Assembly: GCA_965219455.1 (NCBI GenBank)
Contig: OZ244744.1
Coordinates: forward strand, 4,704,001 to 4,768,000
Source of the DNA: Candidatus Latescibacterota bacterium
GTDB lineage: Bacteria; Latescibacterota; UBA2968; GCA-2709665
Direction: 5' to 3'
Length of the DNA stretch: 64,000 nucleotides
A program made the translations under genes and the position numbers. This document shows positions 29,979 to 39,954 of this stretch, piece after piece. The stretch's first letter is position 1; each line of letters opens with the position of its first letter. Under the pieces are notes generated by a model. The model was not told the origin of the DNA. It worked only from the letters and a program-made list of their open reading frames with translations, and made no database searches.

Positions 29979-30662
29979 ATGACACGATCATTGGCAATAC
30001 TGGCAGTTGTGATGGTGAATATTCCTGACTTTGCTTGGGCAGGGGCTGAAGACCATTTCCACGTTCGAGAGCGGACTGGCTACTCTTCTGAGCCTGTGAG
30101 TAGTGCACGGATTGACAAAATCATTACAGAGTCCGCGTTACGTTACCAGAAATATGGAGCTGTGGCTGCGCGAGTTGGGTTTCACGACATTGCGTTTCCA
30201 AAGGATAGTAAGGAGTTTCACCGTTTGAATGGATATGGGCTCTTGGTCGTCACAGCCATCTCGCAAGATAGTTCTGAGATCCCACTCAGACGCGTCTACG
30301 TACAAGGTGAACATGGACAGGAAGTCCTACAGCGGCTTTTTTCAATCTCATCGGCGGTAGAACCTCCAGATGGAGCAGTTGCACAGATTTTCGGTCCATT
30401 CCGGGCTGATGCCATGTATCTCTTTCCGATACATTGCAGGTTTAAGGACAGTAAACTTCTCACTGATTTCGCGCAGAATCGAAGAGGCTTTCACCTAGCA
30501 ACCTTCCCTGAACGTATTCCGTCGGCCTTGAAGGCACTTCCAAAGGAGAAGCCCACGTCTATTCCTCCATTGGAAGAGATTCGACAGTTCGCGCACAGAG
30601 AGTATCCTGATCTCGGTCGTTTGCTGGTAGAAGTGCAAGGGGAAAGCAGTAAAGAGGATTGA
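29979..30662 (+). CDS. Hypothetical exported protein
   Basis: Signal peptide (AWA); 227-aa ORF, lower GC. Confidence 0.65.
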   Translation: MTRSLAILAVVMVNIPDFAWAGAEDHFHVRERTGYSSEPVSSARIDKIITESALRYQKYGAVAARVGFHDIAFPKDSKEFHRLNGYGLLVVTAISQDSSEIPLRRVYVQGEHGQEVLQRLFSISSAVEPPDGAVAQIFGPFRADAMYLFPIHCRFKDSKLLTDFAQNRRGFHLATFPERIPSALKALPKEKPTSIPPLEEIRQFAHREYPDLGRLLVEVQGESSKED

Positions 30663-30669
30663 GGTGAGC

Positions 30670-30834
30670 CGTTTCGCTTGGAGTGCGTGAGGCGTCATTG
30701 TGCCTGAAAATCAAAAGTCGGTTGGCCTATCAAAGAAGTGCGAATTCCGTTTCTGGAAACGCTTCTTGTGGGAGGACAGGGATAGACTGGCCTATCGAAT
30801 CACGCGCGAAGACGTAAGGGGCAGCTACGCCTAA
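30670..30834 (+). pseudogene. C-terminal fragment of a RimJ/RimL GNAT
   Basis: GVIVPENQKSVGLSKKCEFRF...YRITRED* with its stop inside GCCTAAC. Confidence 0.6.
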
Positions 30835-30969
30835 CAAGCCGTCTGCGGCTCGGGGTATACACCCCTCGCCCAACTTGCGTCCGGCAAGTTCGTGGGTGCC
30901 AGGAACGTCAAGCGCAAGTTCGGCATCGATATGCCAAACAGCCAGGCGTCGGATGCCAGACTGTAACGT
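30829..30969 (+). other. Degenerate attC-like integron recombination site
   Basis: R'' box GCCTAAC overlapping the stop codon; nested IRs (GGGGT/ACCCC, AACTTGC/GCAAGTT, GGCAT/ATGCC); eroded R' (GTAAC) ~20 bp before the next ATG. Confidence 0.5.
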
Positions 30970-30990
30970 CCGCCGACACGGAGAACCCGT

Positions 30991-31374
30991 ATGATTCGAG
31001 TCTACGGTCTGAGGCAATATCTGGATCCGATAAAGGCGAAACTATCCGATGTGATCAACACATGTATGGTTGACGCCCTCTCATTTCCGACCGATAAACG
31101 AGCACATCGCTTCATCCCAATGGATTCTGAAGACTTCTACTATCCGGAGGGACGTACGGATGCGTACACGGTGATTGAGATCTCTCTAATGGAGGGACGG
31201 TCAGCAGAAGTCAGGAAGAAGCTGATCCACCTTTTGTTCAAGCGCATTGGCGAGAATTTGGGGATTGCACCGATTGACCTGGAGATCACGCTCTTCGAGA
31301 CTCCGGCCGGTAATTGGGGTTTCCGCGGCATGACAGGGGACGAAGCCACGTTGGACTACCGGATAGATATCTGA
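30991..31374 (+). CDS. Tautomerase family protein (4-OT/MSAD-like, YrdN-type)
   Basis: RTDAYTVIEISLMEGRSAEVRKKLI, NWGFRG. Confidence 0.85.
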   Translation: MIRVYGLRQYLDPIKAKLSDVINTCMVDALSFPTDKRAHRFIPMDSEDFYYPEGRTDAYTVIEISLMEGRSAEVRKKLIHLLFKRIGENLGIAPIDLEITLFETPAGNWGFRGMTGDEATLDYRIDI

Positions 31375-31464
31375 GCGGGCGATCGGCCGGGCGAGGAAGA
31401 CCATAACCACCGTGCGCCGTAACAGAGCTTGACACGTGATTCACAGGTTCCGTCGCGGAGTTTA

Positions 31465-31789
31465 CCCTGAGTCTTGTTCTGAGCCTGTCGAAGGGTTGTC
31501 GACGGGGCGCCTTGGCCTACTGCGGCCCGCCTTCGGCCGATTGTGAAGGTGGGGCAGACATTCCTGTCTGCCCGTCTCGTGTCTACGCAACGCTTCGTTC
31601 GACTCCCCCTCTCCTCGCAGGAGAAGGGGCCGGGGGGAGAGGTTCTTCTGCCCAAATGCAGACAGAAGAATGGCTTGTGCCGGTTTTATAGAGGCAATAC
31701 TCGTGGTCGAAGCACAAGAGTCAATAACCCATGTCACACGGCATCCGTGGACATAGGGAAGTAGGGGCAGGTTTGAAACCTGCCCCTAC
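31465..31789. repeat. Cluster of four different REP-type palindromes
   Basis: CTGAGCCTGTCGAAG (31465-95); GTGGGGCAGACATTCCTGTCTGCC (31549-72); CCCCCTCTCCT..AGGAGAAGGGG (31603-42); perfect GTAGGGGCAGGTTT-g-AAACCTGCCCCTAC (31761-89). Confidence 0.85.
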
Positions 31790-32060
31790 GGTTGGGCCAT
31801 TGGGACATGTGCCATGGCGGCATCGAGCCAGGATTCGATCTTTTCATCGAAACGTCGGTTGTATTCTTTCCACTCGGCGTCCGTTCACAGTTCGGAGTGG
31901 ACTTGAGCCACAGCTTACACGCGTCCTGGAACGCGCGGCGGTTGCCCCGGGGATCGCGTCAGCGAGGCGAAGGGTGATCCAATAGATCGCGCCGTCCTTT
32001 TTCCGGTGGGGGAGACGGCTGCGAGATGTGGCGTGCCCGGATTCAAGATTCTGAGGTTTC
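31790..32060 (-). pseudogene. RAYT (REP-associated Y1 transposase) N-terminal remnant
   Basis: RLPHRKKDGAIYWITLRLADAIP, then frameshifted WKEYNRRFDEKIESWLDA/HGTC; truncated at the GTAG REP. Confidence 0.75.
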
Positions 32061-32210
32061 GGTTTGATGTCTATGAGCAGACAAGAATGTCTGCTCCACC
32101 TTTTCGAGCTTTTGTTCGAGGAATCGCTTGAGCGCATGACAAACCTGCTGCGCAGGTTCGGGCACTCCGGGACGTAATGTGACATTGGATGAAGAAACAG
32201 TAACAATCAG

Positions 32211-32741
32211 ATGAGACCGAACAGAACACGAGAATTACCACCAACGATCCGATCGGCTACGGCCGCTGACGCCGAGATGGTAGCACGGATTTATGTCGAT
32301 TCGTGGAATGCTGGATTTGGCCCACTGCTGTCGCAGTCCGATAGAACTGTGACGCCATCCCTTGCTGATCGCTGGCGACATGATCTTGGTCAGGCTGTCC
32401 CACGTCGTTGGTGGGTAGCGGAGCGCAGGGGTTCGATTGCAGGGTTTGCCGGCATCGGTCCCAGCCGAGATCCGGCAGATGATCATCTCGGTAAACTTGA
32501 TACGATTGCAGTCGATCCGCCGTACTGGCGCGCAGGCATTGGCAAGGCATTGGCGTCTGTCGCTTTACGTTATCTGGTTGTAGACGGTTACGATGAGGCG
32601 ATACTGTGGAGCGTAGAAGGTTACGAGCGAGGAATCGCTTTCTACGAGGCCTTGGGGTGGCGCCGAGATGGTGGGGTTCGAGATGAAGGACGACAAATTC
32701 GCTTCAGGCGTGACCTTTCTACCTTACGAATGCCGATATAA
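32211..32741 (+). CDS. GNAT acetyltransferase
   Basis: IRSATAADA, VDPPYWRAGIGKAL, FYEALGW. Confidence 0.88.
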   Translation: MRPNRTRELPPTIRSATAADAEMVARIYVDSWNAGFGPLLSQSDRTVTPSLADRWRHDLGQAVPRRWWVAERRGSIAGFAGIGPSRDPADDHLGKLDTIAVDPPYWRAGIGKALASVALRYLVVDGYDEAILWSVEGYERGIAFYEALGWRRDGGVRDEGRQIRFRRDLSTLRMPI

Positions 32742-32978
32742 CCCACGGCTTGGCCTGCCGGCAACCGTTTCTCGGGTTCGCAAACAGTGAAACGTTATTC
32801 GCAATGGACTGGGGATGGATCCAGCGAAGTACTCGGCGACCTTTGGAACGACGTGGCGTCGTGCCGCACACCCACAAGCCGATCAACGATGCCCGCGGGC
32901 ACGCCGTCCTGGATTTCAACGCCAGGCGCCGCCTTGGATCGCCGCGCCTGACGACCACATGCCACGGGACAGAGTGAT

Positions 32979-33713
32979 ATGTCCAGCGATCTTGTTAAGA
33001 TCCGCGAGGTCTGCCAGGCCTTCGTCAGGGGTCTTGCGGATATCCTCGATACGAATTTGCATGGCATTTACATGTATGGCGCATCGGTATTTCCGGACTC
33101 CGGACCAATACAGGATATAGACTGTCACGTGATCCTGGAGAGACGGCTGAGTGATCGGGACAAAGACGCAATCCTTCAACTGCAGAGAGATCTTTCGGAG
33201 CGTTTTCCGCCTTTGGGCGGTGAATTGGATGCCTATTTCATACTGCGCGAGGATGCCCTGGAGACGCTTCCGCCCGTCCACCAGTTGCAGCCCGATATGC
33301 GGGACGAAGCGTGGGCATTGCATTGCGCGCACGTCAGGGCCGGACGCTATATTACCCTCATCGGTCCGCCCCCAAAGGAGATCTTCCCGGCGCCATCCTG
33401 GGACGAAATCTTGACCGCTCTCAAGCACGAGTTGAAGTTCATCGAGCAGAACCTGCGATACCCGGACTATTGTGTCCTCAATATGTGCCGGATCATGTAC
33501 AGCGTACAGGAGCGGAACGTGGCCGTGTCGAAGTTTTCCAGTGGCGTCTGGGCTTGTGAACGGTTTCCTGAACGGAAACCCCTGATCGACGCGGCGGTGG
33601 CTTCCTACCAGGGCAGGGAGACGCCAGGTGAAGCTGAATTGCTCAAAACCGAGGTGGGAACCTTCGTCGAGTTCGGTACCGGCGTGTTTCACGAGCAGTC
33701 TCAAAACGCCTGA
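32979..33713 (+). CDS. Aminoglycoside nucleotidyltransferase-like (NTP_transf plus DUF4111)
   Basis: GIYMYGAS...DID; LIGPPPKEIF; YCVLNMCR; SK...W. Confidence 0.8.
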   Translation: MSSDLVKIREVCQAFVRGLADILDTNLHGIYMYGASVFPDSGPIQDIDCHVILERRLSDRDKDAILQLQRDLSERFPPLGGELDAYFILREDALETLPPVHQLQPDMRDEAWALHCAHVRAGRYITLIGPPPKEIFPAPSWDEILTALKHELKFIEQNLRYPDYCVLNMCRIMYSVQERNVAVSKFSSGVWACERFPERKPLIDAAVASYQGRETPGEAELLKTEVGTFVEFGTGVFHEQSQNA

Positions 33714-33867
33714 TCCTGCGACCGCCCAGAAACTGCAATATCACCCACCGCCTACTGCCCGCCTGTCGACGCACGCTCATCACGCCACCAAACAGGCGCC
33801 ACCCGCGCCACCCCCCTCCAGCGTGTCGAATTCCAAACCGGTGGATCCGTAAAAACCGAATTTGTCC

Positions 33868-33902
33868 TTGACAGTCGATTGGTATTCCGCTATAATTATA
33901 GC
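33868..33902 (+). promoter_or_regulatory. Consensus sigma70 promoter with palindrome over the -10
   Basis: TTGACA-17-TATAAT; GCTATAATTATAGC palindrome at 33889-33902. Confidence 0.8.
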
Positions 33903-33918
33903 AAATATGATATAATTC

Positions 33919-34191
33919 TTGGAGGCTTTTGTGCCGTTCGATTGGTTGCAAATCAGGCAGTTTCGAAAAGCCGTCGGGTTCACTCAACAGCAGTTGGGAG
34001 ATATCCTGGAGGTTCCCCAGTCCACCATTGCTCGATGGGAGACCGGCAGGATTGCCCCCAACGCCCTGCACATCGGTCTGATGTGCGATCTCGGCAGGGT
34101 TCAGTCCATCGAACCGGAATTCTTCTTTCCGGCTTATTCACGGTTTGATCCAGACGAGCAATCACACAGAGAGAGGAGGAGAAACGGGTGA
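33919..34191 (+). CDS. XRE family HTH regulator
   Basis: IRQFRKAVGFTQQQLGDILEVPQSTIARWETG; real start may be GTG 33931. Confidence 0.85.
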   Translation: MEAFVPFDWLQIRQFRKAVGFTQQQLGDILEVPQSTIARWETGRIAPNALHIGLMCDLGRVQSIEPEFFFPAYSRFDPDEQSHRERRRNG

Positions 34192-34523
34192 AACCCGTTA
34201 CTTTCACGGACGCGACCTTTGAAACCGAGGTCATTTCCTCAAATCGGCCCGTCCTCGTCGACATTGGCGCGAATTGGTGCGGACCCTGTCGCCTTATCGA
34301 TCCGATTGTAAAGGAACTGGCCGTTGAATACGCCGGGCGATTGAAAGTCGGAAAAATGGATTTCGACACCTCCCATTCGTCAGCAGTCCGGTTCGGCATT
34401 CATAGCCTGCCAACCCTCCTGCTCTTCAGGAATGGACGTGTCGTGGAACGCCTGGTTGGCGCCGTCCCGAGGCAACGGCTTGTCAATTCCATTGAGGAAG
34501 TGCTTGCGGATCCTCGCGAATGA
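34188..34523 (+). CDS. trxA: Thioredoxin
   Basis: PVLVD..ANWCGPC, SLPTLLLFRNG. Confidence 0.9.
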   Translation: MKPVTFTDATFETEVISSNRPVLVDIGANWCGPCRLIDPIVKELAVEYAGRLKVGKMDFDTSHSSAVRFGIHSLPTLLLFRNGRVVERLVGAVPRQRLVNSIEEVLADPRE

Positions 34524-35092
34524 TCACCTACGTAGAGGACACGTCGAAGTGGGAAGACTGGCAACGCGACTACCGGTTGGGTCTCATTCTGATCCTGCCG
34601 CCTCCCGACGTGGCGCGGGAGATCGACCTCCTGCGAGCCAGGTATGATCCCCGCTCTGCGGCCTGGTGTCCGGCGCACATTTCATTATCCGATCCGTTGA
34701 GCCGCGAAATGAGCCCCGCGCTTGCCGGCGAAATCCGCGGCGTCGTCTCCGGTGTCCAGCGGTTCACTCTCTATTACGGCAAACCGCACGCCTCGACGCG
34801 GTACGCCGGTGTCGCTTATCCCATAACGCCGCGAGAGCCGATCGAGGGCCTGAAACATGTCCTCCACGGCGCGTCAGGCTTCGCCGCCGAGGCGCATCGC
34901 AGGCGCCTCATAGCCCCGCACATAACGATTGCCGAGTTCATTTCCATTGACGAGAGCCTCCAGCTTTGCGCACGTCTCCAGGATACGGCGCCGTCGGGCT
35001 CATTCCTGTGCGACCGATTGGCATATATGGTCCCCGACCAGAATTTCCGGTTCAGCAAAAGGCTGACTTTCGTGCTTGGCGATTCGGTGTAA
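34520..35092 (+). CDS. 2H phosphoesterase (2'-5' RNA ligase family)
   Basis: Two HxS/T motifs: PAHISL and PHITIAEF. Confidence 0.85.
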   Translation: MITYVEDTSKWEDWQRDYRLGLILILPPPDVAREIDLLRARYDPRSAAWCPAHISLSDPLSREMSPALAGEIRGVVSGVQRFTLYYGKPHASTRYAGVAYPITPREPIEGLKHVLHGASGFAAEAHRRRLIAPHITIAEFISIDESLQLCARLQDTAPSGSFLCDRLAYMVPDQNFRFSKRLTFVLGDSV

Positions 35093-35265
35093 GCATTCTA
35101 CCTTGTCCTGGACAGTTCTTATTCAGAATGTACGACAGGTGTTGCCCGACCTGATTTGTCAGATTTCACCGGATCTGGCTTTTGAGTTTTTATCCTGTCT
35201 ACTGTCCATCCATGTAAGTTACGCTTTGTGAATAAGGTGATTATGCACGGAGCCAGGAGACCGTC

Positions 35266-36342
35266 GTGAATATCGAAAGCATCGAAGTCATTCAGATCGA
35301 AACGCCGCGCTTCTACGGGCACGTCTCCGGACACGTGCTGATCAAGGTGCATGTGGACGACGGCCCCGTGGGCTTCGGCGAAGCATCGGACAGCCGGTGC
35401 GCCGACGTGCCGGCCCTGGCGCGGGAACTGAACGAGCAGTTGAAAGGCCGCGACGCCCGCCGCATCGTCGAAATCAACGACTTCGCCCGCGCCCGTAACT
35501 GGAACAGTACCGTCACCAACCCGCACGTGGCCAGCGCCGTGGACCTGGCGCTATACGACCTCAACGGCAAGGCTCAGGGTGTGCCTGTGTACCAGATGCT
35601 CGGTGGCAAGGTGCGCGACGCGCTCTACTGCTGCTACCCGATCTTCGGCTGGCAGGTGGTTGAGGACTTCGAGCGCACAGGCTCCTACCTCCAGCGTCTG
35701 GTGGCTCTGGGTCACCACCTGTTCCGCTACTACGTCTCCGGTGACGTGGATCTGGACGATCGTTTCCTAACCGAGATGAAGACCAGGCACGGCGACCGGA
35801 TCAGGCTCAAGTCCATCGACTTTTCGGGCCGCTTCCGCGACTGGCAGGAGGTGCTGCGCTACGGCGACAGGCTGCGGCATCACGACCCGTATCACTTTGA
35901 GCAGCCGACGTACGAGATGCGCTCCAGCGCGCAGTTCACCAAGCGCGTTGATCTGCCCGTAACCTGGCATATCGGCTCCCTGCAGCAGGCTTTGGAGGCG
36001 GCTGAACGCGGCGCCTGCACGGCCTTCAACGTGGCCTGCGTGTCCGGCGGCCCCACCCACGTCAGACGCATCCTGGCGGTGGGGGAGTCCGCCGGCATGC
36101 CTTGCCTGGTCGGCACCGACCAGGAATCCACGCTCGGCGTCAGCGCCCAGGTGGCGGTGGGCATCACGTCTCCCCAGGTCCAACTGCCGTGCGATCCGAT
36201 GGGACCCTTGCTTTACACCGCCTCGCCGGCACGGGAGCGCGTGCGGGCCGAAGGAAGCTACCTGACACCGTTCGAGGGACCCGGCCTCGGCGTCGAACTG
36301 GATGAGGACACACTGGCAGAACTAACCGTAACGAGGGCTTGA
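35266..36342 (+). CDS. Mandelate racemase/muconate lactonizing enzyme family
   Basis: GFGEAS, SAVDLALYDLNGKAQGVPVYQMLGG, FEQP, GPGLGVELD. Confidence 0.9.
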   Translation: MNIESIEVIQIETPRFYGHVSGHVLIKVHVDDGPVGFGEASDSRCADVPALARELNEQLKGRDARRIVEINDFARARNWNSTVTNPHVASAVDLALYDLNGKAQGVPVYQMLGGKVRDALYCCYPIFGWQVVEDFERTGSYLQRLVALGHHLFRYYVSGDVDLDDRFLTEMKTRHGDRIRLKSIDFSGRFRDWQEVLRYGDRLRHHDPYHFEQPTYEMRSSAQFTKRVDLPVTWHIGSLQQALEAAERGACTAFNVACVSGGPTHVRRILAVGESAGMPCLVGTDQESTLGVSAQVAVGITSPQVQLPCDPMGPLLYTASPARERVRAEGSYLTPFEGPGLGVELDEDTLAELTVTRA

Positions 36343-36345
36343 ACT

Positions 36346-37122
36346 ATGGACAATCTTCTGAAGATCAGCGACGACCAACTGGCGCACTTCGAGCGTAACG
36401 GGTTTTTCCTGGTGCCGAGCCCCTTCGGCGCGCGGGGGATGCGGCAGATCGACAACCGGCAGCAGGAAGTGGCGCCGGAGTGGGAGCGCACGGAGTTCCC
36501 CGCGGGCTGCAACCGGCTTGCCTGCCAGTTCCTGATGATCGGCGAACCGGTGCTGCAGATGGTGGAGCGCCAGGACCTGGTGGATGCGGCGCGGCGGATC
36601 CTGGGCGTGGAGGAGGTGCACGTGGGCGCCTGCGGCATTGGTGACGCCTCCAAGGCAGACAGTGGCGGCCGCCGGCGTGAGCGGCAGGTCTTGTGGCACG
36701 CGGACGGCAGTCCGGAAGTCCGGCAGGTTTCCTTCCGCACGGCCCTCGACCGCCACGACGCCAGCAACGGCCCGCTCCGTGTGCTGCCCGGCAGCCAGCA
36801 TCGTCCTAAGGAGGAGGTCGCGGCGGAGTTGCTCCAACTGGAACTGGCCACCGGGACCCATGACGAGATGCCGGCGCAGTTTTTCGCCCGCCACCCCCAC
36901 GAGGTGGAGGTTGTGCTCGACCCCCGGTGGACGCTGGTGTGGACACCCTCGTGCTGGCACGCCACAGGGCTGAAGACCGCGGCAGGTCCGAGGCGCGCGA
37001 TGGGCTGGAACTATTTTCCGCCGGGCGGCCGCACGCGCGACCTGACGGCGATCAAACACGTGCACCCGGATTGGCGTGACTGGTCCGAGGCGCGGCAGCG
37101 TCTCTGGGGCCTCGTCGATTGA
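36346..37122 (+). CDS. Phytanoyl-CoA dioxygenase (PhyH) family
   Basis: FERNGF, WHAD, NGPLRVLPGSQ, WHA...RRA. Confidence 0.85.
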   Translation: MDNLLKISDDQLAHFERNGFFLVPSPFGARGMRQIDNRQQEVAPEWERTEFPAGCNRLACQFLMIGEPVLQMVERQDLVDAARRILGVEEVHVGACGIGDASKADSGGRRRERQVLWHADGSPEVRQVSFRTALDRHDASNGPLRVLPGSQHRPKEEVAAELLQLELATGTHDEMPAQFFARHPHEVEVVLDPRWTLVWTPSCWHATGLKTAAGPRRAMGWNYFPPGGRTRDLTAIKHVHPDWRDWSEARQRLWGLVD

Positions 37123-37133
37123 CGGCCGAGCCA

Positions 37134-37622
37134 ATGACAATGCTTATTTATATCAACGGTTCGATAAATTCCGGTAAATCGACCATCGGTCGGCTCCTGG
37201 CCGAAAGCCTGGCCATGACGGTCCACATCGAGGTCGATGACCTCCGGCACTTCGCCGGCTGTCTGAGTCTGTCGGATGCAGCTCCTTACTGTGTCGTGGA
37301 TGCGTCGACGTTGACGCGAAACTGGCTCGCGCGCGGGTTCAACGTCGTTGTCACGTGGCCGATTTCACAACGCGACTACGAGGTCTTCGAACGTGTGGCG
37401 ACAACTGCAGGCGTACCTATACACGCGGTTACGCTTCGACCGCCCCTCGGAGTCGCCATATCCAACCGGGGTCAGCGCGAACTGTCCGATCGCGAAAGAG
37501 CCCGCATACGCGAACAATATCACGCACCGCATATCGATCCGGGAATCGGAACGGTGATCGACAACAGCCGTCAGACGCCTGCGGAGACGCTGGCGGAAAT
37601 CCGTGTCGCTTTCGGCCTATGA
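37134..37622 (+). CDS. P-loop kinase (AAA_33 / shikimate-gluconate kinase-like)
   Basis: INGSINSGKST Walker A. Confidence 0.8.
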   Translation: MTMLIYINGSINSGKSTIGRLLAESLAMTVHIEVDDLRHFAGCLSLSDAAPYCVVDASTLTRNWLARGFNVVVTWPISQRDYEVFERVATTAGVPIHAVTLRPPLGVAISNRGQRELSDRERARIREQYHAPHIDPGIGTVIDNSRQTPAETLAEIRVAFGL

Positions 37623-37695
37623 AGTGGGGAGGAAAGCGGTCTCGATATTTTAGCCTACGAGCTCCGTCCATCCCTGCGTCACACATGGAGACAAT

Positions 37696-38154
37696 ATGAA
37701 TGCGCCTATGGTGAAAAAAGCTTTCGCGTTCATCATAAGACGCAACGCAGCTGACAGATGCGAATTGCTGGTATTTGAACTCAAATCCATCGGCTACGAA
37801 TTCTATCGGCTTTCTGGGGGCAATATCGAAGCCGGTGAAACGCCGCTCCAGGCAGCGCGTCGTGAGACCTTCGAAGAGTCGGGAATCGAGAATCTGCGGT
37901 TCATCCGGAAAATCGGGACGACCCGATACTTCAAGCCCTACATCCAGTCAGACGTGGAACGAACGGACTTACTGTTCAATCCCGATGCCCACCTGCCTGA
38001 CAAATGGGAACATATTGGAACGGTCGGCCCCGAAGAAGGTGTCGTATTTGCTTATTCATGGATCTCCGCCGATTCCATATCGAGGGTGGATCCGGAGCTG
38101 CGCACCTTTCTGACGCCGGACCGCATCCCGGAACTTTTTCCGGAGCAGCCGTAA
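37696..38154 (+). CDS. NUDIX hydrolase
   Basis: GGNIEAGETPLQAARRETFEESG. Confidence 0.88.
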   Translation: MNAPMVKKAFAFIIRRNAADRCELLVFELKSIGYEFYRLSGGNIEAGETPLQAARRETFEESGIENLRFIRKIGTTRYFKPYIQSDVERTDLLFNPDAHLPDKWEHIGTVGPEEGVVFAYSWISADSISRVDPELRTFLTPDRIPELFPEQP

Positions 38155-38218
38155 CCTGGCCTGACGCGAGGTTTCTTGACCATTTCTTCTTTTCGACAAG
38201 AACTGACAATTCCTGCAT

Positions 38219-38474
38219 GGAACTGCGTTCCGGGCGGGTGGTCATTGAATTCGGAACGACATAGAGTCTCCCCTTCCCGTTAACGTCCCCCATTCCCTTG
38301 CCCTTTTTCTTGCTTCGCCCAAGAAAAAGGGCGAAAAAGAAGGGCGCCGCTCAGACGCCGCGGGGCTCCTTTTCCGCGAATCATTTCCCGGGTGAGAACA
38401 AGAGATCGGCGGCCTGCCGTCGAAACGGGTAACACTGAAGCGTGTTGCTGAACGGAAAAGCGCGGAAAAGCCCC
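38219..38474 (-). repeat. Structured dispersed repeat, copy B
   Basis: Reverse copy: core hairpin 38300-38332; outer stem 38369-78/38461-70; GGAACGCAGTTCC tail shared with copy A. Confidence 0.85.
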
Positions 38475-38976
38475 ATCAACCGCCACCGAGCGCTTGAAGG
38501 GACCGCACGAGTGCCGGTACGATAGTGATGTTCTACGATAAAGCGCGGAATCCCGGGACGCCTGGTTCTGGCGTACGAGGTTGCTGGTGAGCGGTTCGAT
38601 CCGTACAGCGAACAAACCCCCCACTCCAGAGCCGTACGCGCGAGGGGTATGACATATGGCAGGCGTTGGGGTCTCGTTGCGACTGAGGGTTAATTGGGGC
38701 GCGAAAAATCGAGGGTCGGGCGATGATTCCGGAAGCAAGTAGAATCGGCCGTGGTCATACCAGCGGCGATACGAGCTTTGGTTAATTCGCCCCTGGAACT
38801 TTCGAGATTTAATCACTGTCGAGGGTAAACATGCCCGGCAGCCAAATGGAGACCGACCGGTTGATTCGTGACGAAGTGGATGAAATTATCCTTCAATCTG
38901 AAAACAGACTTCGTGGGTTTTGTAAACAACAGGTTGTCGGTTTCCATCAAGTACGTCGCTCTATTGTGGAGGATTC

Positions 38977-39954
38977 GTGAGAGGATTTGAACTGTCGGAG
39001 AGGTTCTTTCGCGAGATCGGGCTCCCCGCGGTTGAGCGACGATTACCCGGATGTGTGCGGAGACTGGCCGTCGGCGTCGAGGTCGGATCACAAGCGCACA
39101 AGAACGACGACGACGTGTCGCGCGACCACGGTTGGGGACCGGGATTCACCGTATGGCTTGGCAGGGAGGACTTCGACGATTACGGCGAACGTCTGCAGGA
39201 AATACTGGATTCGCTACCTCAGGAGTACGATGGGTTTCACTGGGAAAATCCACCCGAGAGGACCTGCCGTGTCGTGGAAGTCGGCAGCTACATCAAAAGC
39301 GTGGTTGGATTCTCGGAGCCGCCTGAGTCGCCAAAGGATTGGTTGCGAATTCCGGAATCATATCTTTTCGAACTGGCTCCGAGCCGGCTCTTTCACGATG
39401 AACCCGGCTTTGTCAGTGCCCGCCTCAGAGCGTTCTCCAGGTATCCGGAGGATGTATGGAGGCAGCGAATGGGTGCCTGCCTGTCCTGGTGCTGGGAGTG
39501 GGGGCGGAAGCATCTCTTCCGGGCCGAGGCTCGGGGAGACCACGTGACCGCGTTTACCTATTGGACGAGATTCGCTGAGTACGCGATGAAGGTTGGTTTT
39601 CTGGTCAATCGGCGATATGCGCCCTATCACAAGTGGTTGTGGGCAGAGTTCAAGAAGCTTGAAGGTGTCGCCGTTGAGGTTTGTCCCTTGCTGCGGGAGG
39701 GATTCGCCAGGGCCAGTGGCAGGCGAGAACTGGTGGAGCGCATTGAGGCGATCTACATGGATGAACTCGAGAAGCTCGGATTTCCACCGCCCGCCCAGGT
39801 CACAACCCGGAGGACGGCCTATCCGGACAACAGATTATATCGATTTGCAGTTGACATACGCCGCGGTGTTGAGGATCCGGAAGTGAAGAACCTGCATTTG
39901 AGAGAAGAACTGGTCTATCCGGCAACGAGGGCCGGGTGGACGTGGTTTCGATAG
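38977..39954 (+). CDS. DUF4037 domain protein (nucleotidyltransferase-like)
   Basis: GFELSERFF, GSQ...DDDVSRDHGWGPG, YAPYHKWL. Confidence 0.82.
   Translation: MRGFELSERFFREIGLPAVERRLPGCVRRLAVGVEVGSQAHKNDDDVSRDHGWGPGFTVWLGREDFDDYGERLQEILDSLPQEYDGFHWENPPERTCRVVEVGSYIKSVVGFSEPPESPKDWLRIPESYLFELAPSRLFHDEPGFVSARLRAFSRYPEDVWRQRMGACLSWCWEWGRKHLFRAEARGDHVTAFTYWTRFAEYAMKVGFLVNRRYAPYHKWLWAEFKKLEGVAVEVCPLLREGFARASGRRELVERIEAIYMDELEKLGFPPPAQVTTRRTAYPDNRLYRFAVDIRRGVEDPEVKNLHLREELVYPATRAGWTWFR

Noticed and set aside
38280-38816. ORFs ending in ...GALLFRPFSWAxQEKGQGN.GR (also 44928-45170 and 54544-54945)
   Set aside because: Translations of the dispersed structured repeat; no RBS and no shared N-termini
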